A stretch of DNA of 64,000 nucleotides from Macrostomum lignano (GCA_002269645.1 NIVC01003786.1:1-64000), one strand, 5' to 3'. Positions 37,501-48,930 are shown, numbered from the stretch's first letter. Program-made: numbers and translations. The notes: generated by a model not told the origin, from the sequence alone.

Positions 37501-40500
37501 GTAGGTGGTAGGTGGTAGGTGGTAGGTGGTAGCTGGTAGCTGGTAGCTGGTAGTTGGTAGCTGGTAGCTGGTAGCTGGCAACCGGTAGCTGGTAGGTGGT
37601 AGCTGGTAGCTGGTAGCTGGTAGCTGGTAGGTGGTAGCTGGTAGCTGGTAGATGGTAGCTGGTAGCTGGTAGCTGGTAGATGTTAGCTGGTAGCTGGTAG
37701 GTGGTAGATGGTAGCTGGTAGCTGGTAGCTGGTAGCTGGTAGCTGGTAGCTGGTAGACGTTAGCTGGTAGCTGGTGGGTGGTAGATGGTAGCTTGTAGCT
37801 GGTAGCTGGTGGGTGGTAGATGGTAGCTGGTAGCTGGTAGCTGGTAGCTGGTAGCTGGTAGCTGGTAGCTGGTAGCTGGTAGCTGGTAGCTGGTAGCTGG
37901 TAGCTGGTAGCTGGTAGATGTTAGCTGGTAGCTGGTGGGTAGTAGATGGTAGCTGGTAGCTGGTGGGTGGTAGCTGGTAGCTGGTAGCTGGTAGCTGGTA
38001 GCTGGTAGACGTTAGCTGGTAGCTGGTGGTGGTAGATGGTAGCTGGTAGCTGGTAGCTGGTGGGTGGTAGATGGTAGCTGGTAGCTGGTAGCTGGTAGCT
38101 GGTAGCTGGTAGCTGGTAGACGTTAGCTGGTAGCTGGTGGGTGGTAGATGGTAGCTGGTAGCTGGTAGCTGTAGCTGGTAGCTGGTAGCTGGTAGCTGGT
38201 AGCTGGTAGACGTTAGCTGGTAGCTGGTGGGTGGTAGATGGTAGCTGGTAGCTGGTAGCTGGTGGGTGGTAGCTGGTAGCTGGTAGATGGTAGCTGGTAG
38301 CTGGTAGCTGGTAGCTGGTAGCTGGTAGATGGTAGCTGGTAGATGTTAGCTGGTAGCTGGTAGGTGGTAGATGGTAACTGGTAGCTGGTAGGTGGTAGAT
38401 GGTAGCTGGTAGCTGGTAGCTGGTAGGTGGTAGCTGGTAGCTGGTAGCTGGCAACCGGTAGCTGGTAGCTGGTAGCTGGTAGCTGGTAAGCTGATAGGTG
38501 TTAGCTGGCAACCGGTAGCTGGTAGGTGGTAGGTGGTAGCTGGTAAGCTGGTAGGTGTTAGCTGGCAACCGGTAGCTGGTAGCTGGTAGCTGGTAGCTGG
38601 TAGCTAGTATAGGTGGTAGCTGCAGCTGGTAGCTAGAACTGGTAGATGGTAGCTGGTATATGTTAGCTGGTAGCTGGTAGGTGGTAGCTGGTAGCTAGTA
38701 GGTGGTAGGTGGTAGCTGGTAGCTGGTAGCTGGTAGCTGGTAGATGGTAGCTGGTAGATGTTAGTTGGTAGCTGGTAGGTGGTAGATGGTAGCTGGTAGC
38801 TGGTAGCTGGTAGCTGGTAGCTGGTAGATGGTAGCTTGAAGCTGACACAACTTCCTGCCTTCATCATCAAGCTGAGATGCAAATCCGCTGCAGCAGTCAT
38901 CCAGCGCCAGCCAATCAGAGTTGGAGCCGTTCTCAGCACCTGTCAGCCGATTCTGGCGCCAGCGGGACCAACAGCTGCGACAGCTGGAGGCTCAGCTGGC
39001 TGATCAGCGCAGAAGCACTCCGAGCTGGTGAGCCGACTCAGCAAAGAGAATCGACAGCTGCTGTCTCGGGTGCCGTCGTCAGGCTCGGGTGCCGCGGATG
39101 TTCCAGCGGTTCACCGGCGCAGCGAAATCCGGCGCCTCCGCGGCCGTGGGGCGCCGGCGCCTCGACTGCGGCCCGTTCGACGCGGAGCGGGCCGAACTGC
39201 AGGTGCGGCTGGCCGAGCAGGAGCGGCGGGTTGAACGCCAGCGAAAGGAGGCGGCCGAACTGGCCGGAAAGATGGCCGAAATGCGGCTGGAGCAGCTGGA
39301 GCGATGGGGCGGAGAGGCTGGGAGACTGTGGCGAAGGATCGAGGAAATGCGGCTCACATGCGACCAGGTGAAAGGAAGGATATTGCGGCGTGCTTTGATG
39401 TTTGGCTAATGGCGGCGTGCTTTGATGTTTGGTTAATGGCGGCGTGCTTTGATGTTTGTTTAATGGCGGCGTGCTTTGATGTTTGTTTAATGGCGGCCTG
39501 CTTTGATGTTTGTTTAATGGCGGCCTGCTTTGATGTTTGTTTAATGGCGGCCTGCTTTGATGCTTGTTAATGGCGGCGTGCTTTGATGTTTGGTTAATGG
39601 CGGCGTGCTTTGATGTTTGTTTAATGGCGGTGTGCTTTGATGTTTGTTTAATGGCGGCCTGCTTTGATGTTTGTTTAATGGCGGCCTGCTTTGATGTTTG
39701 TTTAATGGCGGCGTGCTTTGATGTTTGTTTAATGGCGGTCTGCTTTGATGTTTGTTTAATGGCGGCGTGCTTTGATGTTTGTTTAATGGCGGCGTGCTTT
39801 GATGCTTGTTAATGGCGGCTTGCTTTGATGCTGCATAAACACAGAGCTTTGTTCAATGGCGATATATTTCGATAATGTTCTCAGAGATCTTATCGCTGAA
39901 TGCTCCGAACTTCACGCCACAGGCGGGCAGATTGCAACGCGAATCGACGGAGTGGCGAGTCCGGGCGGAGAGCCTGCAGGAGACCCTGGCAAAGGAGAGT
40001 CAGCGCTGGGTTGGCGAGCGGGTGTCGCTGCAGTTCGCCAGTCAGCAGCTGCGCCTGGTGGTGGACCAGTGGCTGGACCGGTTCCAGGGCGCGGTTGAGG
40101 AGGTTCCTTGATGCTCAATTATTTACCTTCATATCTTTAACCTATAAATCATCTTCCAAGTTTGATAGTCAAACGCTCTCCCCTTTCACAGATCAGTTCT
40201 ATCAAGTTGGAATCTGAGGAGAACCGGCCCGCCAGACAAGACGAGGTAATGAAATTTTAGTCCAGTCCTTTTTTATTTTTGATACCGTGGGTAATTGATA
40301 AAATCAGTGGCATCGCCATGGATTTTATGGTAAGTTGGGGGAGCAAAGTCAAGAATTCTACATATACATGTACATTATTTTAGAATAAGTGTTTTCAGTG
40401 CTAGTTTTGGCGCCTCAGGCACTTATTTTGGCACCTCGGGCAGTCATTTTAGCGCCGCAGGCACTCATTTTGGCACCTCGGGCAGTCATTTTAGCGCCGC

Positions 40501-41570
40501 AGGCACTCATTTTGGCGCCGCAGGCACTCATTTTGGCGCCGTAGGCACTCATTTTGGCGCCGCAGGCACTCATTTTGGCACCGCATGCAGTCATTTCGGC
40601 GCCGCAAGCACTCATTTTAGCGCCGCAGGCACTCATTTTAGCACCGCAGGCACTCATTTTGGCGCCGCAGGCAGTCATTTTGGCGCTGCAGGCACTCATT
40701 TTAGCGCCGCAGGCGATATATTTTGTCGCCCTGAAGCAAAGTTATTGATTTACATAACGAGTCACAAGATTGGGTGGGGAAAGCACTGGCATGTCCCCCC
40801 ATTCTTATAGCTTTTACAGGTGGCGATCGACGCCCCTGAGTAAAATGAATTCTATTTAATTGACATTTCAGCTGAGGGCCACGCTGCAGGTCATTGTGGA
40901 CGAGATTGGCAAGTACAAGGCGCGAGGCTCGAGCAGTCTGGACAGGAGCAGCGGTGCATCGAGAAAGAGCCACTCGGCCGGGTGAGTCAAAGGCGCGAAT
41001 TTTGTTCAAGCGAAGTTCCTTAATTCCCTACTCCCCTGCGACTGACAAAACTCCTCCTGACTTCTCCTCAGCCGCCCGGTGGCCTCTCGTCGAACCGCGA
41101 CAGCCGAGCTGCCGGCAGCCTCGGCGGCTCGCGGTCTCAGCGTCGCCACCAGCGTGCCAAAGTTTGTGCACTATCGGTACAACCTGCAGCAGCAGCAGAA
41201 GCAACAACAGCAGCAACAGCAGCAGAAGCAGCAGTTCCAGGAAAATCGCAGATCTGCGAGTCCCGACCTGCCAGAGACGAGAGAGGGGCCGACCCCACCG
41301 ACGCCACAGCCAGCGGAACCCGCAGCCGCTCCTGCACCGTCTGCGAAGCGACGCTTCTACCAGGGCTTCGACGAGCGGCTGTTCAGCGGCGACGGCGGCT
41401 CCAAGTCGTCGGAACAGAAGAAGCCTTTGGAGCAGACGAAGCCAAAGCCACAGGTGCAGCTGAAACCTGTCGCAGCGCCGTCCGGCGGCAGCCGGTTCGG
41501 TGTGACCCTGAGGGCCATCAAAACGGACCGGCCGCCAACTGTCGTGTCCAGGACTGCTGGCAGCAGCTGA
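25589..41570 (+). CDS. SOGA: SOGA/MTCL1-family large coiled-coil protein, 17 exons, ~1690 codons; one frame anomaly in exon 13
   Basis: Exons 25589-25907, 26167-26419, 26516-26954, 28508-28696, 29065-29521, 29801-30181, 30520-30742, 31051-31159, 31766-31909, 32328-32697, 34470-35068, 35519-35788, 38894-39367, 39923-40102, 40192-40245, 40872-40981, 41072-41570 are all GT-AG and phase-consistent. SOGA-like motifs: ELQRELDAANKSYRVVQFKLRKAE, ELRTAKEVSVRLHDELE, QLRFSKEEVKIMRRKL. Confidence 0.85.
27073..27465. mobile_element. hAT-type MITE in SOGA intron 3, with internal GCGCCAAAATGAGTGCCTGC repeats
   Basis: TIRs CATAGGCGTAGGAAC ... GTTCCTACGCCTATG. Perfect 8-bp TSD CAGTTTTC at 27065-27072 and 27466-27473. 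Confidence 0.88.
32045..32322 (+). repeat. 16-bp minisatellite (CCCCAAAACACYCCAA) abutting the SOGA exon-10 acceptor
   Basis: The array ends a few bases before CCCGCAG|ATC at 32328. Confidence 0.93.
33540..34435 (+). repeat. C-rich minisatellite (CCCCACCTCTCT-like); G-rich on the minus strand
   Basis: Visible array ending about 35 bp before the exon-11 acceptor. Confidence 0.93.
35142..35315 (+). repeat. 19-bp minisatellite (GGGATCTGGGAAACACAAG) x9
   Basis: Perfect tandem units in SOGA intron 11. Confidence 0.95.
35905..38835 (+). repeat. ~2.9-kb 7-bp satellite (GGTAGCT)n with variant units
   Basis: Fills SOGA intron 12; source of the ATSYQLP ORFs. Confidence 0.97.
39388..39830 (+). repeat. 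27-bp minisatellite (GCGGCGTGCTTTGATGTTTGTTTAATG), about 16 units
   Basis: Begins about 20 bp after the exon-13 donor. Confidence 0.95.
40305..40838. mobile_element. MITE with about 14 internal 21-bp repeats (GCAGGCACTCATTTTGGCGCC)
   Basis: Imperfect TIRs CAGTGGC-ATCGCC ... GGCGATCGACGCCCCTG. Degenerate 8-bp TSD GATAAAAT / AGTAAAAT. Confidence 0.65.
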
Positions 41571-41629
41571 AGCGCCTGACCCGCCTCCGAAACTGACTGC
41601 TTCATGACTCGCCCAGCCCACCCCTCACA

Positions 41630-42025
41630 ATTAAACAATAAAAAGTGTTTTAGAGGCCAATCACCCACCCCTCACCAATTAAAAGTGTTTTAGAGGCCAA
41701 TCACCCACCCCTCACCAATTAAAAGTGTTTTAGAGGCCAATCACCCACCCCTCACCAATTAAAAGTGTTTTAGAGGCCAATCACCCACCCCTCACCAATT
41801 AAAAGTGTTTTAGAGGCCAATCACCCACCTCTCACCAATTAAAAGTGTTTTAGTGGCCAATCACCCACCTCTCACCAATTAAAAGTGTTTTAGAGGCCAA
41901 TTACCCCACCTCTCACCAATTAAAATGTTTTAGAGGCCAATCACCCACCTCTCACCAATAAAAAGTGTTTTAGAGGCCAATCACCCACCTCTCCCAATAA
42001 AAAAGTGTTTTAGAGGCCAATCACC
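41630..42025 (+). repeat. 40-bp minisatellite x10 just downstream of the SOGA stop codon
   Basis: Unit is approximately AATTAAAAGTGTTTTAGAGGCCAATCACCCACCYCTCACC. Confidence 0.95.
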
Positions 42026-42899
42026 CCACTTATCTCCGCTGCAGGGGTTTTAAACTTCCCCAGCCTTAAATTAAACGGGGTCAACTCGTCACTTTTAATT
42101 TAATGAGCAATAACACAAGCACGCTATCAGTATATTTAATCAGCCAAAACGAACCGTTTATTTAAACTCTCTTTGCTTATTCAAATCAGTTGGTTTGTAG
42201 AGCTTCGCAAAGTGTTGATGGCGTTATCGTTTTAATTCTTTACTGAAATTTCCTTAGTTTTTGCAGTTTTGTTGAGCATCCCGTCATTTCTGACAGAGCT
42301 TCTCCGCCATTTGTTTAAATCATGTAATTGGTTCAATTTTAATTTAAGCTTCTAATCTTACGATTTCCCGAAACTTGCAAATAAAAAAAATATGTTAACG
42401 CAAAAGCAAATTTAATCGCATAAATAATAATTGACTGCATTCATTCAGACACTTCAGTGCAGTTTGTGTTAGAATGAACCGATTTCATGGATAATTAAGT
42501 AACCTGAGGTAATTCCTGGAAGTAATACAATTTTATACTGGATTTTTCTAGCGCAGATTAACAAAGTAACAATACCGATGCAGTAAAACAAAATTTTAAA
42601 AAATTATCGACGATATATAAATTGCATTAGACGGGCATTTAAAACCAAATATTTGTGCATGGAAATTTCAAACTGCTAAACTATGCAAAAAATAAACAAA
42701 TTTGACGAATATTCAAAAAATCAAGTCACCAGCGAATAACCCGGAGTTGTCTGCCAGTCACGTGACGGCTTCTCGGCCCTCCGGTTGAACAGCTTGGTGG
42801 ACGCTCGAATGACTTTCTGGCTGCAGCTGGAATTGCGGTTGAGATGACTGGGTGTCTGCACTTTCTGTATGTGCGCCTTGTAATCCCATGCTTTAACAC

Positions 42900-43436
42900 T
42901 AGGGGTCATGACCTTAACTGTCCTGCTCCGGGTTGGCACTAATAGAGGTCATGACCTTAACTGTCCTGCTCCGGGTTGGCACTAATAGAGGTCATGACCT
43001 TAACTGCCCTGCTCCGAGTTTTTACTAATAGAGGTCATGACCTTAACTGTCCTGCTCTGGATTGACACTAATAGAGGTCATGACCTTAACTGTTCTGCTC
43101 CGAGCTTGCACTAATAGAGGCCATGACCTTAACTGTCCTGCTCCGAGCTTGCATTAATAGAGGCCATGACCTTAACTGTTCTGCTCCGATCTTGCACTAA
43201 TAGAGGTCATGACCTTAACTGCCCTGCTCTGGTGTTTGCACTAATAGAGGTCATGACCTTAACTGTCCTGCTCTGGATTGACACTAATAGAGGTCATGAC
43301 CTTAAGTGCCCTTCTCTGGGGTCTGCACCAATAGAGTTCATGACCTTAACTGTCCTGCTCCGAGCTTGCACTAATAGAGGTCATGACCTTAACTCTGTCC
43401 TGCTCCAGGTTGGCACTAATAGAGGTCATGACCTGA
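42900..43436 (+). repeat. ~43-bp minisatellite x13, each unit with an AGGTCATGACCT palindrome or a 1-nt variant
   Basis: Unit is approximately CACTAATAGAGGTCATGACCTTAACTGTCCTGCTCCGRGYTTG. It lies about 30 bp past the stop codon of the Ig gene. Confidence 0.95.
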
Positions 43437-43466
43437 AAAAACGGCACCCTTAACACTCCGCCCTGC

Positions 43467-44807
43467 TCACACTCGACCACTGTCGGGATCTTCAACGATG
43501 AGTAGCGCGCCGCAGGTGGCCAAACCGGCGTCGTTCTCGGCGGCCAGGCAGATGCGCCCGGACTCGGCGGGGGTGGCTCGGGCCAGCCGGAGGCGGTGCA
43601 GACGGCCTCTGCTGCTGACGGAGAACCGCCGGTCAGAGGAATCGATGGGCTGCCCGTTGAAGCTCCACGTGACCTGCAGACGGATTGGAGGGCAGCGGGT
43701 TGGAGACAATTATAAGGCAGCGAGTGACAGACATCAATGAGGGAGTGACAGACATCAATGAGAGTGAGAGACATCAATGAGGGAGTGACAGACATCAATG
43801 AGGGAGTGACAGACATCAATGAGAGAGAGAGAGAGACATCAATGAGGGAGTGACAGAAATCAATGAGGGAGTGACAGACATCAATGAGGGAGTGACAGAA
43901 GCCACACAAAAGTGAGGGGAGGCAGCTGCTTGTGATCATAAAATGCCGAGAAATATGCAAAGTGCTAGGTGTTGGTCAGAGTGACTGCCGTAGTGAAAGA
44001 CGATACAGAGTGACAGACAGGAGTAACAGACGATAGACTGACAACCCGAGTGAAAGCTGTAGTGACAGACGACACAGAGTGACAACCAAGTGACAGAGTG
44101 ACAGGTCAAGTCACCTTCGGCGCTGGCGAGGCGGCCACCTCGCACTCCAGAGTGACAGGCTCGCCAGACCGGCAGTACCTGTCCCTGAACAGACTCAGCA
44201 GCTCGGGCGGCACCAGGCAGTCGGCTGTGCAGCAGCCGCGAGCCGCCGGAGTGTCCAGCGATGCAGCCGAGGCGGCGAGCATCTCGACTCCGCTGTCCGC
44301 CGGCTCGTCGATCACGCTGATGACGCAGTGGCACTCGGCTTGGCCGAGCGAGTTGGCCGCAGCGATGCAGTACACGCCTGCGTGCTCGTGGCCCACGTAC
44401 GGGATCACCAGCCGGTGCTCGAACCCCTGCGACCACAGCTACGGCGGAGGAGCGGGTTCGTGGTGGCTGGTGGTTCAGATGAGTTGCAGTTTAGCTGTGC
44501 TCAGCGCTTCATCCGGGAGAGAAGATAGGAAGGGCGAGTGAGTGTAGAAGAGACAGAGAGTGACAGCTGGAGTGACAGCTGGAGTGACCGGTGGAGTGAC
44601 CGGTGGAGTGAATCACAGCTAGAATGACAGGCAACACTTGAGGGGGAAGACGTCCCTGCACAAACTGGTTTGATGGTGAACGAAATTTGGTTTTCCGCAA
44701 TGGAAGGAGATGGCAGATCTAATAGGATAAGAGGAAGAGGAAGAGAAGGGAGACGGAAAGGGAGAGTGAGAAAAAGGAGAGGGAGAGGAGAGTGAGAGAG
44801 AGAGAGT

Positions 44808-44841
<34 letters not shown>

Positions 44842-47781
44842 AAGAGGAGGGGGAGAGTGAGAGAAGGGAGAGGCAGAGTGAGAGGGAGAGAGAGAGTCAG
44901 AGGGAGAGGGAGAGGGAGAGAGAGAGTGAGAGAGAGAGAGGGAGAGAAGGAGAGTGAGAGAAGGAGAGTGAGAGAAGGAGAGGAAGAGAAGGAGAGGAAA
45001 AGTGAGAGAAGGGAGAGGGAGAGAAGGAGAGTGAGAGAGGGAGAGTGAGAGAGGGAGAGTGAGAGAGGGAGGGGGAGAGGGAAGAGGGAGAGGGAGAGTG
45101 AGAGAGGGAGAGTGAGAGAGGGAGAGTGAGAGAGGTAGAGTGAGAGAGGGAGAGTGAGAGAGGGAGGGGGAGAGGGAAGAGGGAGAGGGAGAGTGAGAGA
45201 GGGAGAGTGAGAGAGGGAGAGTGAGAGAGTGAGAGGGAGAGTGAGAGAGGGAGAGGGAGAGAAGGGAAGAGAAGAGGGGAAGGAGAGAGTAGGGGAGAGG
45301 GGAAGGAGAGAGTAGGGGAGAGGGGAAGGAGAGAGTAGGGGAGAGGGGAAGGAGAGAGTAGGGGAGAGGGGAAGGAGAGAGTAGGGGAGAGAGGAGAGAG
45401 AGGAAGGAATCATGGCCTGCAAAGCAGTTACGAGTACAGCAAGCGGTTCAACAACGCATGAAAGCGCCGTGCAGGCGCCCCACCTCAATGCCGTGGCTGT
45501 TCTGCAGCAGCAGCACGCCGTCCTTGTGCCAGGCGACCTCTGGCTTGGGGTGCCCGTGTACAATGCAGGCGATGGTGACTTTGTCGTCCACCTGGGCCTC
45601 CAGGTCTTCGCTGATGTCGCCGGAGAAGCATGGCGGGAACGGGATGGGCGAGACGGGGCCGGCGCGGGGCGCTGCGGGCCGGGTGGAGCTTCAAATATAA
45701 TCTCTATGAGATTTGAGTGCTCAAAGATAGTCTGTATGAGATTTGAGTTCTCAAAGATAATCTGTATGAGATTTGAGGTCTCAAAGATAATCTCTATGAG
45801 ATTTGAGTTCTCAAAGATTATCTCTATGAGATTTGAGTTCTCAAAGATATCTCTATGAGATTTGAGTTCTAAAAGATAATCTGTATGAGATTTGAGGTCT
45901 CAAAGATTATCTGTATGAGATTTGAGTGCTTAAAGATAATCTGTATGAGATTTGAGTTCTCAAAGATTATCTCTATGAGATTCGAGTTCTCACAAATAAT
46001 CTATGAGATTCACGTTTTAAAGATTGTCTCCATGAGATTGGAATTCTCAAAGATAATCTCACTCAAAGATAATAGCAAAGATTATTACTATGAGATTCGA
46101 GTTCTCAAAGACAATTTTCGAGATTTGAGGTATCAAAGATAATCTCTATGAGATTTTATTTCTCTAAGATAAATCACATTGAGCATTCAGTTCACAGAGA
46201 TAATCTCATTAGGATTCTATACCACGGTGTAGTTCTTAAAGATAATCAAATTCAGATTTAAGTTCTCAAAGACAATCTCAGTGAGATTCAACATGTACTT
46301 CTCAACTATAATCTCATTAACATTCGAGCATTCTCAAACGCAAACCTCCCCGAGCTCACAGGCTGGCTGGAACATGTGCGACTTCAGGTCGACCTCCAGG
46401 CGGGCGGCCATGTCGGAGCTGCCGCGGCGAGATCGCGAGAGCGAGTCCACGCTGGACCGGCGAAGCTGCGAAGCAGCCGCCGCGGGGGTCTGCTGGCCGG
46501 GAACTGCGGGTGGGGGGGCAATTGGGGCCTCTCAGAGCCTTGTGGAATTCTTAGTTTGAGATTACTGGCTTGAGATAAGAGAGGGAGACAGGGGGATAAG
46601 ACAGGGAGACAGGGAGATAAGAGAGGGAGAGACAGGGAGATAAGAGAGGGAGAGACAGGGAGATAAGAGAGGGAGAGACAGGGAGATAAGAGAGGGAGAG
46701 ACATGGAGATAAGAGAGGGAGACAGGGAGATAAGAGAGGGAGAGACGGGGAGATAAGAGAGGGAGAGACGGGGAGATAAGAGAGGGAGAGACAGGGAGAT
46801 AAGAGAGGGAGAGACAGGGAGATCAGAGAGGGAGAGACAGGGAGATCAGAGAGGGAGAGACAGGGAGATAAGAGAGAGAGACAGGGAGATCAGAGAGGGA
46901 GAGACGGGGAGATAAGAGAGGGAGAGACGGGGAGATAAGAGAGGGAGAGACAGGGAGATCAGAAAGGGAGAGACGGGGAGATAAGAGAGGGAGAGACGGG
47001 GAGATAAGAGAGGGAGAGACAGGGAGATAAGAGAGGGAGACAGGGAGATCAGAGAGGGAGAGACAGGGAGATCAGAGAGGGAGAGACGGGGAGATAAGAG
47101 AGGGAGACAGGGAGATAAGAGGGAGAGACGGGGAGATAAGAGAGGGAGACAGGGAGATCAGAGAGGGAGAGACGGGGAGATAAGAGAGGGAGAGACGGGG
47201 AGATAAGAGAGGGAGACAGGGAGATCAGAGAGGGAGAGACAGGGAGATCAGAGAGGGAGAGACGGGGAGATAAGAGAGGGAGAGACATGGAGATAAGAGA
47301 GGGAGACAGGGAGATCAGAGAGGGAGAGACGGGGAGATAAGAGAGGGAGACAGGGAGATCAGAGAGGGAGAGACAGGGAGATCAGAGAGGGAGAGACAGG
47401 GAGATCAGAGAGGGAGACAGGGAGATCAGAGAGGGAGAGGCAAGGAGATAAGAAAGGGAGAGACGGGGGATAAGAGAGGGAGAGACAGGGAGATCAGAGA
47501 GGGAGAGACGGGGAGATAAGAGAGGGAGACAGGGAGATCAGAGAGGGAGAGGCAGGGAGATAAGAAAGGGAGAGACGGGCGATAAGAGAGGGAGAGACGG
47601 GGAGATCAGAGAGGGAGACAGGGAGAGAGGGGGAGATAAGAGAGGGAGAGAGGGGGAGATAAGAGAGAGGGAGACACGGAGATAGAGAAGTACATTACAT
47701 GTACATGGAGATAACCGGTGAGAAATCATATTTCGAGAACTGCTCACCAAAAAGTTTGCTAACATCCAGCGACTCCTGCAT
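43467..47781 (-). CDS. Protein with two Ig I-set domains (titin/MLCK/palladin-type folds), ~298 aa if the ATG at 47781 is the start
   Basis: Exons 47781-47748 (tentative), 46503-46360, 45671-45484, 44438-44115, 43673-43467 are phase-consistent. I-set motifs: VTIACIVHGHPKPEVAWHKDG...HRLVI...HAGVYCIAAANSLGQAEC and VTLECEVAASPAPKVTWSFNG...SGRICLAAENDAG. The 5' end is uncertain. Confidence 0.8.
44720..45400 (+). repeat. GA-rich polypurine tract in an Ig-gene intron
   Basis: Visible (GAGAGAGGGAGAGT)n-type tract. Confidence 0.9.
45700..46150 (+). repeat. 29-bp minisatellite (TCTCAAAGATAATCTSTATGAGATTTGAG), decaying rightwards
   Basis: Visible array starting about 30 bp from the acceptor at 45671. 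Confidence 0.9.
46570..47685 (+). repeat. ~21-23-bp purine-rich minisatellite (GGGAGATAAGAGAGGGAGAGACA)
   Basis: Visible array filling an Ig-gene intron. Confidence 0.93.
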
Positions 47782-48499
47782 GTCATTCACCAGGCCGAAT
47801 CGAGAATTTAGGCACCAGAAGATGGAATTGGAAGTCACTCTGAAGACGCTTTCTCGGTATAGCGCTGACGGCCTGCTTTCATTCTTTTAACTGGCAGGTT
47901 TAGCTAGGTAAACAATTTGTAAAACTATGCAGATTCTCTCTCCCTGTGTTGGGCAGAGAGAGAGAGAGAGAGGCACATTGAGAGCATTCGGGTGAAATTC
48001 CAGTTTGCTTTCGAGTTTCGAGTCCACGGCAGAGCAATGAAGAGGCCAGAGTAGAGGTGGAGTGACCTACTCAAAGCTGCAGAATTGTGCGCATGCATTT
48101 TAGTAGGCATCTGCTTGTAAGAAACATCATCTCATCAGCAAGAGCGAGAGGCGCAGTGAACGGCCCCAGCTGCCCCCTCCACTGTCCTGTTTGCCAACGC
48201 GGCCATTGCAGTTCGAAGGCAAACTGCAGACAAACAAAAGCAAATTTTGCTCTAATTACAAGAGCGACCATCTATCCAATTCAAGTGGACTGGTTGGCAG
48301 TAGAGTGCCGTGAGGGCAATAAGTAGGCGTTCGCTACCTCATAACACCTTAATGACAATGCAAAACTCAAAATATTCTATATGCGTTATAGAACTAACTC
48401 CATTTGAGCTTCGGGGAATGAATTGCTGTTTGCCCTGCTAAGTGCCTGAGCCAATGTCACTAATCTGACATGTACATGTATGACAAACACTAATAAAAT

Positions 48500-48930
48500 A
48501 CCTAACCCACTTCGACCCAATACCTGACCAAAACTACATGTATATACATGTAATTACCCAATACCTGAAAACTTTAAATGTACGACCCATGCAATACCTG
48601 ACCAACTCTTTATGTATGACCAAATACCTGACCAAGACTATAAATGTACATGTATGACCAAATACCTGACCAACAATAAATGTATGACCCAATACCTGAC
48701 CAACTCTATACATGTATGACCAAATAACTGACCAACACTATACATTACATGTATGACCAAATACCTGACCAAAACTATAAATGTATGACAAAATACCTGA
48801 CCAAAACTATAAATGTATGACCAAATACCTGACCAAAACTATAAGTGTATGACCCAATACTTGACTAACATTATGACCCACTATGACCTATTATCTGACC
48901 AACATTATGCCTCAATACCTGACCCACACT
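48500..48930 (+). repeat. Degenerate ~30-35-bp minisatellite (TGTATGACCAAATACCTGACCAA...)
   Basis: Visible repeated core ATGACC(A/C)AATACCTGACC. Confidence 0.85.

Noticed and set aside
43730-43900. Pbx/Meis or TCF composite sites in the GGGAGTGACAGACATCAATGA repeat
   Set aside because: Spacing and bases do not match the TGATTGACAG or ATCAAAG consensus.
45700-47685. GATA-site (AGATAA) arrays in two Ig-gene introns
   Set aside because: A single 6-mer in AG-rich repeats is readily expected by chance.
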